DNA of 64,000 nt from an uncultured bacterium (GCA_965369995.1 CBDURO010000005.1:4295-68294); one strand, 5' to 3'. Shown: positions 41,358 through 51,127, numbered from the stretch's first letter. The notes: generated by a model from the letters alone, not told the origin. A program made the numbers and translations.

Positions 41358-42130
41358 AGAGAATAACCAAAATAAGAATAATTAATTTTATATTAATAGT
41401 AATTAGTTTAGGAATAATCGCTAGTTGTGCTGGAAAAAACCCGGTTAAGAAATTACCGCTTGAAGAGCGATATAAACGCGGACAAGAATTTCTTGAGAAT
41501 AAGAAGTATTATAATGCGCAACAGGAATTCCAAATCATTGTATTAAGTGGTTCACACACCGAGTGGGGCGATGATGCACAATTTTATTTGGCAGAATCAT
41601 ATTTTAAGAATAAGGAATATATTATAGCAATTAATGAATACGAACGATTAACTCGTAAAATGAAATATAGTCCATATGTTGAAAAATGTAGATGGCGGAT
41701 TTGTGAGGCATATGTTGCCGAATCTCCAAATTATTATCATGATCAAAGTAATACACATAAGGCATTACAAAAACTCCAGGAATTCATTGATGAGTATCCT
41801 AATTCAGAATATCGTGATAAAGCAAATAAAACAATTAAGAAGCTTCGTAATAAATTGGCCGAAAAAATATTAGAAACAGCATTATTGTATATAAAACTAC
41901 ATGCTTATGATTCTGCTATAGTAGCCTTCGAAGATTTATTAGGACAATACTACGACACTGATCTTGCAGAAGAAGCACATGTTGGAATAATTCGGTCATA
42001 TTCGTTAATGAAAAAAGTAGAAGAAGCAGAAAATTATTACAAATCTAATGAGGGCAAAATTTCATCATCTGCTTTAAAAGCGAAATCTCTTGAATATATT
42101 AAATCAGCAGAATCGGACGGAAACAAATGA
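41345..42130 (+). CDS. bamD: Outer membrane protein assembly factor BamD
   Basis: Lipobox IASC; YYNAQQEFQ, DDAQFYLAESYF, AINEYERL, YYHDQSNT.KA...LQEFIDEYPNSEY, KLAEK. Confidence 0.88.
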   Translation: MEFVKRITKIRIINFILIVISLGIIASCAGKNPVKKLPLEERYKRGQEFLENKKYYNAQQEFQIIVLSGSHTEWGDDAQFYLAESYFKNKEYIIAINEYERLTRKMKYSPYVEKCRWRICEAYVAESPNYYHDQSNTHKALQKLQEFIDEYPNSEYRDKANKTIKKLRNKLAEKILETALLYIKLHAYDSAIVAFEDLLGQYYDTDLAEEAHVGIIRSYSLMKKVEEAENYYKSNEGKISSSALKAKSLEYIKSAESDGNK

Positions 42131-42711
42131 AAAAATGTATATTTGGCGGGACATTTGATCCTCCTCATATAGGACATTTATTAATTGCTCAAACGATTTG
42201 CGAAGAAGAGAAATTTGATAAACTTATTTTTGTTCTAGCTCTTAAAAATCCACATAAATCTAACAATAATACTTCTTCGATTGATAAAAGAATGAAAATG
42301 TTGGAAATTGCTGTTGAGGGAAATTCCCATTTTGAAATATCAGATGCTGAGATTAAGAGGGGGGGGATTTCCTACTCTATTGATACAATTAGACATATTA
42401 AAAAGGAACAAAAACTTAAACGAGATGAATTGTATTTTTTAATTGGTAGTGATATTCTTAAAACTTTTCATAAATGGCATGAACCATTAAAAATATTGGA
42501 AGAATGTCAAGTTATTGTAGCAATTCGTCCCGGATTTAAACCAAGTTCTGTTCCAAGTTGGATTTTAAGTAAAATTCAATTCGCAAATATTCCACGATTT
42601 GAATTATCAGCTACTCAGATTCGTAAAAGATGGAAAGAAAATAAAACTATACGATATATGGTGACACAACCTGTTTGGGAATTCATAAATAAGAATTCAC
42701 TGTATATCTAA
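42127..42711 (+). CDS. nadD: Nicotinate-nucleotide adenylyltransferase
   Basis: FGGTFDPPHIGH, SYSIDT, FLIGSD, LSATQIR. Confidence 0.96.
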   Translation: MKKCIFGGTFDPPHIGHLLIAQTICEEEKFDKLIFVLALKNPHKSNNNTSSIDKRMKMLEIAVEGNSHFEISDAEIKRGGISYSIDTIRHIKKEQKLKRDELYFLIGSDILKTFHKWHEPLKILEECQVIVAIRPGFKPSSVPSWILSKIQFANIPRFELSATQIRKRWKENKTIRYMVTQPVWEFINKNSLYI

Positions 42712-43634
42712 TGTTTATTAGTATTCTTTATTTAATTATCGGCGGTGCCTTTCTATTTTTTGGAGCAGATTGGTTAGTAAAAAGTGCTGTCTTTTTTGCA
42801 AATCGTTTAAAAATATCATCTTTTGTAATTGGATTAACTGTAGTTGCTTTTGGAACGTCATTGCCAGAATTAGTTATCAGCATGGAAGCAGTATTAACTG
42901 ATGCACCGACAATTGCTATTGGAAACGTAATTGGCTCAAATATTGCCAATGTCGGATTAGTATTTGGTTTCACTTCATTAATTTTTCCTATAGCTAGTCA
43001 TTTCCAACGTATAAAACGAGATTTATACATTTATCTATTTGTATGTATTGTTTTCATTGTTTTTCTTTATGATGGAGTTATTTCTCGAATTGAAGGATTT
43101 GCTTTATTCACAGGATTAGTACTCTATACTTGGTCGTGTATAAAATTTAGGCGAGAACAGGATGTTGAATCGGTAACACCAATCGGAAAAACTAGTAAAG
43201 CATTGATACTATTTATATTTGGAATTATCGGATTGTATCTTGGAGCAGATATATTTATTAAAGGAGCTATAGGACTTGCAAGTATATTAGGTGTGAGTGA
43301 AGTAGTAATTGGTATGTCGGTTGTGGCGCTCGGAACGTCCCTACCTGAATTGTCAACTTGCGTTGTTGCATCGTTTCATAAGGAACATGCTATTTCAGTT
43401 GGCAATATAATTGGATCAAATATATTTAACATTTTATCAGTGATTGGTATTGTCGGTTTTGTAAAACCGATAATAAGTCCGAAAGAAATTATGACTTTTG
43501 AAATTCCTATTATGATTGCCTTTGGACTAATACTCATACCATTAGGACTAGTAAAACAACCTATTTCTAGAATTTATTCGTTTCTCTTAATTACAACATA
43601 TTTTGCATTTATTTACGGTTTATTCTTAAGATAG
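42711..43634 (+). CDS. Ca2+/cation antiporter (CaCA, YrbG-like)
   Basis: Two alpha repeats AFGTSLPE..GNVIGSN and ALGTSLPE..GNIIGSN. Confidence 0.94.
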   Translation: MFISILYLIIGGAFLFFGADWLVKSAVFFANRLKISSFVIGLTVVAFGTSLPELVISMEAVLTDAPTIAIGNVIGSNIANVGLVFGFTSLIFPIASHFQRIKRDLYIYLFVCIVFIVFLYDGVISRIEGFALFTGLVLYTWSCIKFRREQDVESVTPIGKTSKALILFIFGIIGLYLGADIFIKGAIGLASILGVSEVVIGMSVVALGTSLPELSTCVVASFHKEHAISVGNIIGSNIFNILSVIGIVGFVKPIISPKEIMTFEIPIMIAFGLILIPLGLVKQPISRIYSFLLITTYFAFIYGLFLR

Positions 43635-43658
43635 TAACATAAATTCAATGTAATTATA

Positions 43659-44312
43659 ATGATTGGTTTTAATAATGTAACATATACTTATCCAAACGGA
43701 ATGGGCGTTTTTAATGTCCATTTTAGGATATTACCCGGCGAGTTTTCCTTTCTAATCGGACCTTCAGGAGCGGGAAAAACAACTATTATTCGGTTGATTT
43801 ATATGGATTTATTACCGGATAAAGGTGAAGTCAATGTAAATCGATATTCGTCAAAAAAAATTAGAAAACGTAAAATTCCACACTTAAGACGTGATATTGG
43901 AATGATTTTCCAGAATTTCAATTTGTTGAATGATCGAAATTTATTTGAAAATGTTGCATTACCGCTTCACATAGTTGGTTGTAATAAAAAAGAAATTCAA
44001 GATAGAGTGATAGCAATTTTAATAGAAGTTGGTCTCGAAGATAAAGCGTATGAATATCCATGGGAATTATCTGGTGGAGAACAACAAAGAGCATGTATTG
44101 CGCGAGGACTTGTAAAAGATCCTGATATTATTCTAGCAGATGAACCAACAGGGAATTTGGATCCTTCAACTGCATTACAGATAATCAGATTATTAGAACG
44201 AATCAATAGAAAAGGAACTGCGGTTTTAATGGGTTCTCACAATTATAGATTAATTAAAGAATTAGGTCACCGTTTTATTGAAATTAAAAATGGAATTATA
44301 CAAAGCAGATGA
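43659..44312 (+). CDS. ftsE: Cell division ABC ATPase FtsE
   Basis: GPSGAGKTT, IPHLRRDIGMIFQ, LSGGEQQR, ADEPTGNLDP; upstream of ftsX. Confidence 0.93.
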   Translation: MIGFNNVTYTYPNGMGVFNVHFRILPGEFSFLIGPSGAGKTTIIRLIYMDLLPDKGEVNVNRYSSKKIRKRKIPHLRRDIGMIFQNFNLLNDRNLFENVALPLHIVGCNKKEIQDRVIAILIEVGLEDKAYEYPWELSGGEQQRACIARGLVKDPDIILADEPTGNLDPSTALQIIRLLERINRKGTAVLMGSHNYRLIKELGHRFIEIKNGIIQSR

Positions 44313-45175
44313 GTAAACTGATTTATCTATTGCATGAAGGAATACGAAATCTATGGAGACATAAATTAACTACATTTACAGCCATTGGATCTGTATTCCT
44401 TTCTTTAGTGATAATTGGAATCTTCATAATAGTCCAACAAAATTCCCACCAGTTAATAGATTACGTCAGATCAGAATATAGAATTGAAGTGTTCTTTGAA
44501 GATCATGTGAATAATGAGGATGCGCAGTTAATAGTAGATCAAATAAAAGAATTAGATGGCGTGCAATCCATTGCTATAGTTACAAAAGAAGATGCATTAA
44601 AGATATATCAAGATCAATTTGATGAAAATCTGATTGATATATTAGGGTACAATCCACTTCCTAGCAGCGCTGTGATAAATATAGACAAACATGGTAATAC
44701 GGAAGTTGATGTTGAACCATTAATGACTAATTTGGAAAAAATTCCAAATGTTGATGAAGTAGTCTATGAAAGTACTTTAATCAGACGAGTAGAATACTTT
44801 TATAAAACCATCGTTAAAATACTATCATATATTGCGATTGGATTGTTAGTAATTACTATAATTGTGATCTCAAATACGGTAAAACTATCTGTCTATGCTA
44901 AGCGAGATCTTATTCAGAATTTAAAATCCATTGGTGCTACAAATATGTTTATAAAAACTCCGTTCATTATAGAAGGTATTTTAGACGGAATATTAGGCTC
45001 ACTATTAGCGATTATAGTGTTATTTGTCGCAGCGAGAAGCGCAAATGCATATTTTGCAGATTTATTCTCATTCAAAATATTATTTAATATATATGGTATG
45101 GTATGGTTGATGGCAATTGCGATTTTAATTGGTTTGATAGGAAGTTACAGAGGAATAAGAGTTCTACTAAAATAA
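44309..45175 (+). CDS. ftsX: Cell division permease-like protein FtsX
   Basis: 288 aa; TM1, periplasmic loop with NPLP, ISNTVKL..YAKR, IGATNMFIKTPFIIEG. Confidence 0.93.
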   Translation: MSKLIYLLHEGIRNLWRHKLTTFTAIGSVFLSLVIIGIFIIVQQNSHQLIDYVRSEYRIEVFFEDHVNNEDAQLIVDQIKELDGVQSIAIVTKEDALKIYQDQFDENLIDILGYNPLPSSAVINIDKHGNTEVDVEPLMTNLEKIPNVDEVVYESTLIRRVEYFYKTIVKILSYIAIGLLVITIIVISNTVKLSVYAKRDLIQNLKSIGATNMFIKTPFIIEGILDGILGSLLAIIVLFVAARSANAYFADLFSFKILFNIYGMVWLMAIAILIGLIGSYRGIRVLLK

Positions 45176-45182
45176 ACTCAAT

Positions 45183-45213
45183 ATTGACAGTCAATTTTTA
45201 AATGCTCTAAATT
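45183..45213 (+). promoter_or_regulatory. Candidate hrcA promoter with overlapping palindrome
   Basis: TTGACA (45184-45189), 18 nt spacer, TAAATT (45208-45213), ATG at 45221; perfect ATTGAC-A-GTCAAT at 45183-45195. Confidence 0.5.
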
Positions 45214-45220
45214 TAATGTT

Positions 45221-46252
45221 ATGGATAAACCAAAATATACTCATTTGAATGAAAGGAAAGGCAATATCTTACGTATTGTAATTGAAGATTATATTACAGA
45301 AAACCGACCTGTTGCTTCCAATAATATTAAAATGAAGTATAATATTCCTTTCAGTCCTGCCACAATTAGAAATATTTTGGCAAGGTTGGAATATTTTGGA
45401 TTCCTAAGTCATGCTTATACATCATCGGGGCGCGTTCCGACTGATTTAGGTTATCGTTATTATGTAGATAATGTCATCAATCATGATGAAATGGAAACAG
45501 GATTATTCGAAGATGTTCAAGAACAGTTGTTAAGTATTTCCGCCAATGTCGATGAATTAATGCAAGGGACAGCTCTAATGTTAGCTAAAGTAAGCGGTTT
45601 GTTTGGAGTAGTGATCATTTCTGAAGTGCGAAAAAGTATTTTAACTGAGATCGAATTAGTATTATTGTCATCTGATAGATTAATGATGGTTATTGCATTG
45701 AAATCAGGATTGCTGAAATCACTTGTTTTAAATCTTGATATTTCTGTTAGTCCAAATGATATAACTATTGTAAACCGTATATTACGCGAAAGATTAATTG
45801 GACTTAGTGTCGATGAAATACAAGCTTCAATATCTGATTTGTTGAAAAATTATAATGTACCACAACATGAAATTATTCAGATAATTTTTCAACACCCACA
45901 GCTTCCAATCCAATTGAATAGAAATAATCAATTGTATATGTCATCTTATCAAGGGTTATTAAGTCATCCTGAATTTCACGAATATGAAATATTACAAAAA
46001 ACAATTTCAGGTCTGGATGAAAAACATATAAAGCATATTTTATCTAATAAAATTTTAAAGCAAAATATGCTTACAATAATTGGAAATGAGAGTGAAAATG
46101 ATTTATTAAATCATTGTTCCATAATTGCCGCTAGTTTTGAAAGTGATTCAATCACTGGGAAACTTGGGATATTTGGACCAACTCGCATTCCATATAAAAA
46201 TATAATTAGAATTTTAAAAGAATTTGTGGAGATTATGCCTAATGTCTGTTGA
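45221..46252 (+). CDS. hrcA: Heat-inducible transcription repressor HrcA
   Basis: ILRIVIEDYI..PVAS, SPATIRN, HAYTSSGRVPTDLGYRYYVD, GIFGPTRIPY. Confidence 0.96.
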   Translation: MDKPKYTHLNERKGNILRIVIEDYITENRPVASNNIKMKYNIPFSPATIRNILARLEYFGFLSHAYTSSGRVPTDLGYRYYVDNVINHDEMETGLFEDVQEQLLSISANVDELMQGTALMLAKVSGLFGVVIISEVRKSILTEIELVLLSSDRLMMVIALKSGLLKSLVLNLDISVSPNDITIVNRILRERLIGLSVDEIQASISDLLKNYNVPQHEIIQIIFQHPQLPIQLNRNNQLYMSSYQGLLSHPEFHEYEILQKTISGLDEKHIKHILSNKILKQNMLTIIGNESENDLLNHCSIIAASFESDSITGKLGIFGPTRIPYKNIIRILKEFVEIMPNVC

Positions 46253-46796
46253 GAAGAAAAGCACGCCAAAAAATGGTTCACCAATTGCCGGAGAACCAAC
46301 AAAAAAGAAAAGTACAAAGCCTAGATTGTCGGGTGATAAAAAGAAAATCCTAGAATTAACAAATCAAGTTGCTGAACTTAAAGATAAAAGACTGCGATTA
46401 AAGGCTGAATTCGAGAATTTTCGAAAACGACGCGATAAAGAAATGTTGCGAATGTTTGAATATGAAGGAGAGGGGATTCTGAAAGATTTGTTACCAATAG
46501 TAGATGATTTAGAGAGAGTCGTGAGCGTGGTCAAAAGTGAAAAAAAGAAGGATGATGTAATTATAAATGATGGTATGAAATTAATTATCGCAAAAATTGA
46601 AAAATATTTTACAAAATGGCAGGTTCAACCAATTGGCAAGCCCGGTGATTCCCTTGATATTGATTTGCATGATGCGATGATGGTAAAGACTGAAAAAGGA
46701 AAAAAGGATAATGAAATTTTGGAAGTATTTGAAAAAGGTTATAAATATAAAGATCATGTATTGCGTCATGCTAAGGTCATTGTAAATAAGAAATGA
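46242..46796 (+). CDS. grpE: Nucleotide exchange factor GrpE
   Basis: RLKAEFENFRKR, LLPIVDDLER, LHDAM, FEKGYKYKDHVLRHAKV; start at ATG 46242. Confidence 0.96.
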   Translation: MSVEKKSTPKNGSPIAGEPTKKKSTKPRLSGDKKKILELTNQVAELKDKRLRLKAEFENFRKRRDKEMLRMFEYEGEGILKDLLPIVDDLERVVSVVKSEKKKDDVIINDGMKLIIAKIEKYFTKWQVQPIGKPGDSLDIDLHDAMMVKTEKGKKDNEILEVFEKGYKYKDHVLRHAKVIVNKK

Positions 46797-47923
46797 GAGA
46801 TTTATACGAAATATTAGGTGTCGACAAAGGCGCTTCTAAGGATGAGTTAAAGCGTGCATATCGCAATATTGCGAAGAAATACCATCCTGACCGCAACCCC
46901 GATAATAAAGAAGCTGAGCAAAAATTCAAGGAAGCTGCGGAAGCTTATGCAGCTTTAAATGATGATAATAAGCGCGCAAAATATGATCAATTTGGTCATG
47001 CGGGAGTTGGAATGGGTGATATGGGTGGACAAGGATTCGATGGCATGCATTTCTCGATGGAGGATATATTCAGTCAATTCGGTAGCATATTTGGTGGCCG
47101 TCATCCATTTGAAGATATTTTTGGAATGGGTGGTACAACTCGATCAGCTCGTAGTGGGTATCGCAAAGCTAAGGATTTGCGAGTATCACTAAAATTAGAT
47201 TTTATTGATATTTTAAACGGTACTGAAAAAACCATTAAAATTAAACGTAATGAAACCTGTAAAACTTGCGATGGAAGTGGTGCTAAGCATGGTACACGAC
47301 CAACTCAATGTAAGCAGTGCAATGGTAGCGGCCAAGTAAGACAAGTGAGGCAATCGTTTTTTGGTCAATCGGTAGTTGTGACTGATTGTCCTCTTTGTCG
47401 GGGAACAGGGGAATTTATTGAGAATCCCTGTTCATCTTGTAATGGTAGTGGTATTAGAAGAGAAACTGTATCAATTAAAGTAAAAGTTCCGAAGGGTGTT
47501 GAAAACGGTAATTACATGACACTTGATAGGCAAGGGAATAAAGGAGGCAAAGGAATCCAACCTGGTGATTTACTGGTATTTTTCGAAGAAAAACCGCATG
47601 AATATTTTGTTAGAAATGGAACAGACATTATATTGGAAGCTCATATTGAGATCGCTCAAGCTGTATTAGGTGATTCTATAACAGTACCAACAATTGATGG
47701 GAAAGCCAGTTTAAAAATTCCCAAAGGAATACAATCAGGACAGGTTTTGCGAATGCGTGGTAAAGGTTTACCACGTCTCCGAAGTAATTATCGTGGTGAT
47801 CAATTAATTAGAATAATAGTTGAAATTCCTACTTCATTATCTAAGCAAGAAAAGAACCTATATAATGAATTAGATAAAATTTCGGGATTAAAAAACCCGT
47901 CTTTCAATAAAATGGAATTATAA
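46793..47923 (+). CDS. dnaJ: Chaperone DnaJ
   Basis: J domain with HPD; G/F region; four CxxCxGxG repeats. Confidence 0.99.
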   Translation: MRDLYEILGVDKGASKDELKRAYRNIAKKYHPDRNPDNKEAEQKFKEAAEAYAALNDDNKRAKYDQFGHAGVGMGDMGGQGFDGMHFSMEDIFSQFGSIFGGRHPFEDIFGMGGTTRSARSGYRKAKDLRVSLKLDFIDILNGTEKTIKIKRNETCKTCDGSGAKHGTRPTQCKQCNGSGQVRQVRQSFFGQSVVVTDCPLCRGTGEFIENPCSSCNGSGIRRETVSIKVKVPKGVENGNYMTLDRQGNKGGKGIQPGDLLVFFEEKPHEYFVRNGTDIILEAHIEIAQAVLGDSITVPTIDGKASLKIPKGIQSGQVLRMRGKGLPRLRSNYRGDQLIRIIVEIPTSLSKQEKNLYNELDKISGLKNPSFNKMEL

Positions 47924-48470
47924 TGCCTTTACTGACTTCTCAAGAAAAAAACTTGACTATTTTTTATTGAGTACTGCCTTAATAGGTTCCGTAATTGGCA
48001 TTTTTAGACACAATTTGTTAAGGACACCTGAAATTCTATTAGCGTCAAATAATATACCATCATATATTAAAGAAATTGAAAAAGATAATATTATTGAAAA
48101 ACATAACACTATAATAAAAGAACGATCTCAGTTAGCGAATGCTACGGTAATAAATACAAAGAGTAAAATTGGTAATAATAATAGTAATATCGATTCAAAA
48201 TCAGTTCAAAAAATAACCACATATAGTGTAGCGAATAAAACTGAATCAAATAAAAAAAAGATTAAGCAAAATCCATTAGAAATAATTAATATTAACATCG
48301 CCAGTAAAGAAGATTTTATGACGCTACCATATATTGGCGAAGTGAAAGCAGGGAGAATTATTCAACTTAGAAATGAATTGGGTACTTTTATATCAATAAA
48401 AGATTTAGAAAAAGTTAAGGGAATTGGACCAAAAACATTAGCCAGGTTAGAACCATTTATAACCATATAA
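47923..48470 (+). pseudogene. comEA: ComEA-like HhH DNA receptor, frameshifted near the N-terminus
   Basis: ATG at 47923 (TAATG-coupled to dnaJ) reads MPLLTSQEKNLTIFY then TGA 47968-47970; adding one base in the T6 (47960-47965) or A7 (47945-47951) run joins it to the 47967-48470 ORF, giving 182 aa with TM anchor and ININIAS..LPYIGEVKA..DLEKVKGIGPKT. Confidence 0.8.
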
Positions 48471-48476
48471 TAGGAA

Positions 48477-49226
48477 TTGAAAGACATGGATAAAAAAATT
48501 CAACACAAAACAGATTGGATTGAATTACTAATCGTATTAGCGATTGTATTTTTAATAATCGCAATTTATGTACCGGTAGCGATTTGGGCAGATGAAGACC
48601 ATTTTGAAGAACTAAGTCATTCGCGTATGCAAAATATATATGATATCGAACGATTTTATGCTCAATTAACAAATGAATATCATCAAAATGGATATGAGGC
48701 AATGCACATAATTAATGCTGTAGCCGATTCGGTTACTGCTGATTCTAATTATGTTGGTGAACAAAAATTAAATTTATTAGGCAGCGTAATAGACGTTAAT
48801 GTACCGCTAGGATTTGTAGTAGAGTTCGATACAACTTTTGGCTTCCATATATTCAAACGTGATACGACAATGGATACTACCTCTACAGTTATTATGTATT
48901 CAGAAGAATTGTCAAGGAATGACACAATATTTGTGCAAAAAAAAGAAGTCGCTAATTTACAAGAGGATCCTGCATTTAGAGGTGTGATTAGCGAAGAACC
49001 GTTAGAAATCGTAGCAGTCGATTCGTATTATGATAGGTACCGACCGGATTCCACACAATTCTTCTGTCCTATTACAAATAAACCGTTTAAATTAACTTTC
49101 AAGGAAGATGGGTTCCGTGTGGAAAGCCCTATCGAAGAAACATATAAAAAACGTAAATATTTAGTATTTTCTTTCAAGGCTGATAACCAAGGTTATATTG
49201 AAGACGGTGTTGCCAGTTGGGACTAA
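48477..49226 (+). CDS. Type IV pilin-like protein with atypical leader
   Basis: WIELLIVLAIVFLIIAIYVP resembles the pilin N-terminal helix (E5, P22 region) but no G/F cleavage site; start TTG 48477 or ATG 48486. Confidence 0.55.
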   Translation: MKDMDKKIQHKTDWIELLIVLAIVFLIIAIYVPVAIWADEDHFEELSHSRMQNIYDIERFYAQLTNEYHQNGYEAMHIINAVADSVTADSNYVGEQKLNLLGSVIDVNVPLGFVVEFDTTFGFHIFKRDTTMDTTSTVIMYSEELSRNDTIFVQKKEVANLQEDPAFRGVISEEPLEIVAVDSYYDRYRPDSTQFFCPITNKPFKLTFKEDGFRVESPIEETYKKRKYLVFSFKADNQGYIEDGVASWD

Positions 49227-49257
49227 TTAACAACTAAGATAAATAATACTAATTGAT

Positions 49258-51114
49258 ATGAATAGTCTAATAATTACTGACACCCACATTTTATTTGGTG
49301 AATGGTCATCCATTAAGAATAAATTTGTACTAAAAGATTTAAAGTATATAGCTCTATCAAAACCTATAAAGGAAGTACTAAAATCTCAAAATGCCATTCG
49401 TACTGTTTTAAAAGAAGCATTAGATACATTTCCTATGCAAGGAAACCAAGTCGCTATAGCGATAGATGATGAATTACTATATCATGATAAGTTCACAAGT
49501 GATGAATCCTTGACAAAACGTGAAATATGGGATTATATCCAGTGGGAAACAAAACAAAAATGGGGTGAGTTAGGTAATTATTATACAACATTTACCGAAA
49601 TTGATTCACCAAATCCTAATGTTTTACATAGCATAACATGCCCGTCATTCCTTGTAACTGAAATTAAAGCTATTATCACTAACCTAGGTGGTAAGCCAAT
49701 TTGGGCAGGTCCGGTAAGTACTATTTATTTAGAAAATAATCAATATCGCAATGCGATTTATATGACTGATGATGATGCATTTATAAAATTCTTTTTTCGT
49801 GGTCGCGATGGATATAGTGAAGGTAAATTACGCTTCCTTGCCGGTCAACCAAATGTTACAATTGGAATTGGAGAAAAAGAAGAACAAGCAAATTTATTTA
49901 GTTTTCCTAGCGAAGCAAGAGAATTTGTTACTGTTGATCTTCTCGCTGATGCAAAAAATACACATTTACGCCAATTCAGACATAAGCGAATGATACCCTT
50001 TGAAGGAATCGAAGTAAAAATTGATGATATTCCGGAAGATGTATCATTTATATCATTAAATGCACTCTCAATTATGATTCGTGATTTTTCCTTTGGTAAC
50101 TTAGTGGACTTTTTCAATCCAACACAAATACAAAATCGGCGATATGAAGGAATTGGTAAACTTTCATTTGATCTAGAAGGGAAGAGACTTAATATTATAG
50201 AAGAACTGTCTGATAAAAAACCTAAGACAACTGTCGATTTAAAAATTCGGAAAGAGAGAGCTGATAAAAAGCAGGCTAAGAAAGACAGAGTTGATAAAAA
50301 AAAGGCTGAGAAAGAGCAAGCTAAGATAGACAGAGCCGATAAAAAAAAGGCTGAGAAGGAACAAGCCGAGAAAGACAGAGTTGATAAAAAGAAACCCCAG
50401 AAAAAGAAGGTTGCAAAAGATAAAAATAAGTATAAAAAAGTAAATATATCACCTTTTTTACTAATTATATTACTTAGTTTATTGGGTTACTACATATTTT
50501 ACACCGAAAATGGCACGGATTTATTATCAGCTATAAAGGAAAAGGTTGGTTTGACTCAATCAAATGATAAGTCTGATGGATCAATTTTCTTCGATCAACA
50601 GTTTAATCAATCTGCGACACTTATAAATACATATTCAACACTTACATCTATAGTTTCGCCTGATAGTATAATATCATTCAAACTTATTAATACCTCCGGT
50701 TCAATTGAATTTATTGGTAAAGATTCTTTAGATATTCCAAATTTTGAACCGACTTTTTATTCTATTGAAACAATAGATTGTTGTGGGGGAATTAAACAGC
50801 AGATTGATTTTAATATTATATCGTTACCCGATATTAAATCTAATGTTTGGATAAATTTATCTGACGTCGTAAATCAACTACAATCTTCCTTAGGAATAAA
50901 TAAACTTCGACAATTAGATATGATTAGTGAAAATGGTACAAACTATAATCCGATTATTTTTGAAGTTGATTCATTATCACAAATTGATATGACGATTCAA
51001 TATCTAAAATTTATTGGCGATAATGTGATTGTTAGAAAGATTGAAATCGCCAATACACCTCCCACTAATAATTATAGTGGCATATTCTACATAGCTGTAT
51101 TTGAACCATTATAA
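49258..51114 (+). CDS. PilM-like cytoplasmic domain + Lys-rich linker + TM + periplasmic domain
   Basis: 618 aa; VAIAI, YIQWETKQ, LGGKPIW resemble PilM; K/E/D-rich repeat linker; one TM (FLLIILLSLLGYYIF). Confidence 0.5.
   Translation: MNSLIITDTHILFGEWSSIKNKFVLKDLKYIALSKPIKEVLKSQNAIRTVLKEALDTFPMQGNQVAIAIDDELLYHDKFTSDESLTKREIWDYIQWETKQKWGELGNYYTTFTEIDSPNPNVLHSITCPSFLVTEIKAIITNLGGKPIWAGPVSTIYLENNQYRNAIYMTDDDAFIKFFFRGRDGYSEGKLRFLAGQPNVTIGIGEKEEQANLFSFPSEAREFVTVDLLADAKNTHLRQFRHKRMIPFEGIEVKIDDIPEDVSFISLNALSIMIRDFSFGNLVDFFNPTQIQNRRYEGIGKLSFDLEGKRLNIIEELSDKKPKTTVDLKIRKERADKKQAKKDRVDKKKAEKEQAKIDRADKKKAEKEQAEKDRVDKKKPQKKKVAKDKNKYKKVNISPFLLIILLSLLGYYIFYTENGTDLLSAIKEKVGLTQSNDKSDGSIFFDQQFNQSATLINTYSTLTSIVSPDSIISFKLINTSGSIEFIGKDSLDIPNFEPTFYSIETIDCCGGIKQQIDFNIISLPDIKSNVWINLSDVVNQLQSSLGINKLRQLDMISENGTNYNPIIFEVDSLSQIDMTIQYLKFIGDNVIVRKIEIANTPPTNNYSGIFYIAVFEPL
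50281..50394 (+). repeat. In-frame 45-bp tandem repeat, about 2.5 copies
   Basis: Units start at 50281, 50326, 50371 (a[a/t]agacagag..gataaaaa...); encodes KDRVDKKKAEKEQAK / IDRADKKKAEKEQAE / KDRVDKKK. Confidence 0.9.
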
Positions 51115-51127
51115 AGTATAATAAATT

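Noticed and set aside
45184-45210. Canonical CIRCE element
   Set aside because: Only 6/9 and 5/9 matches and the arms are not complementary; kept only as a candidate non-canonical site.
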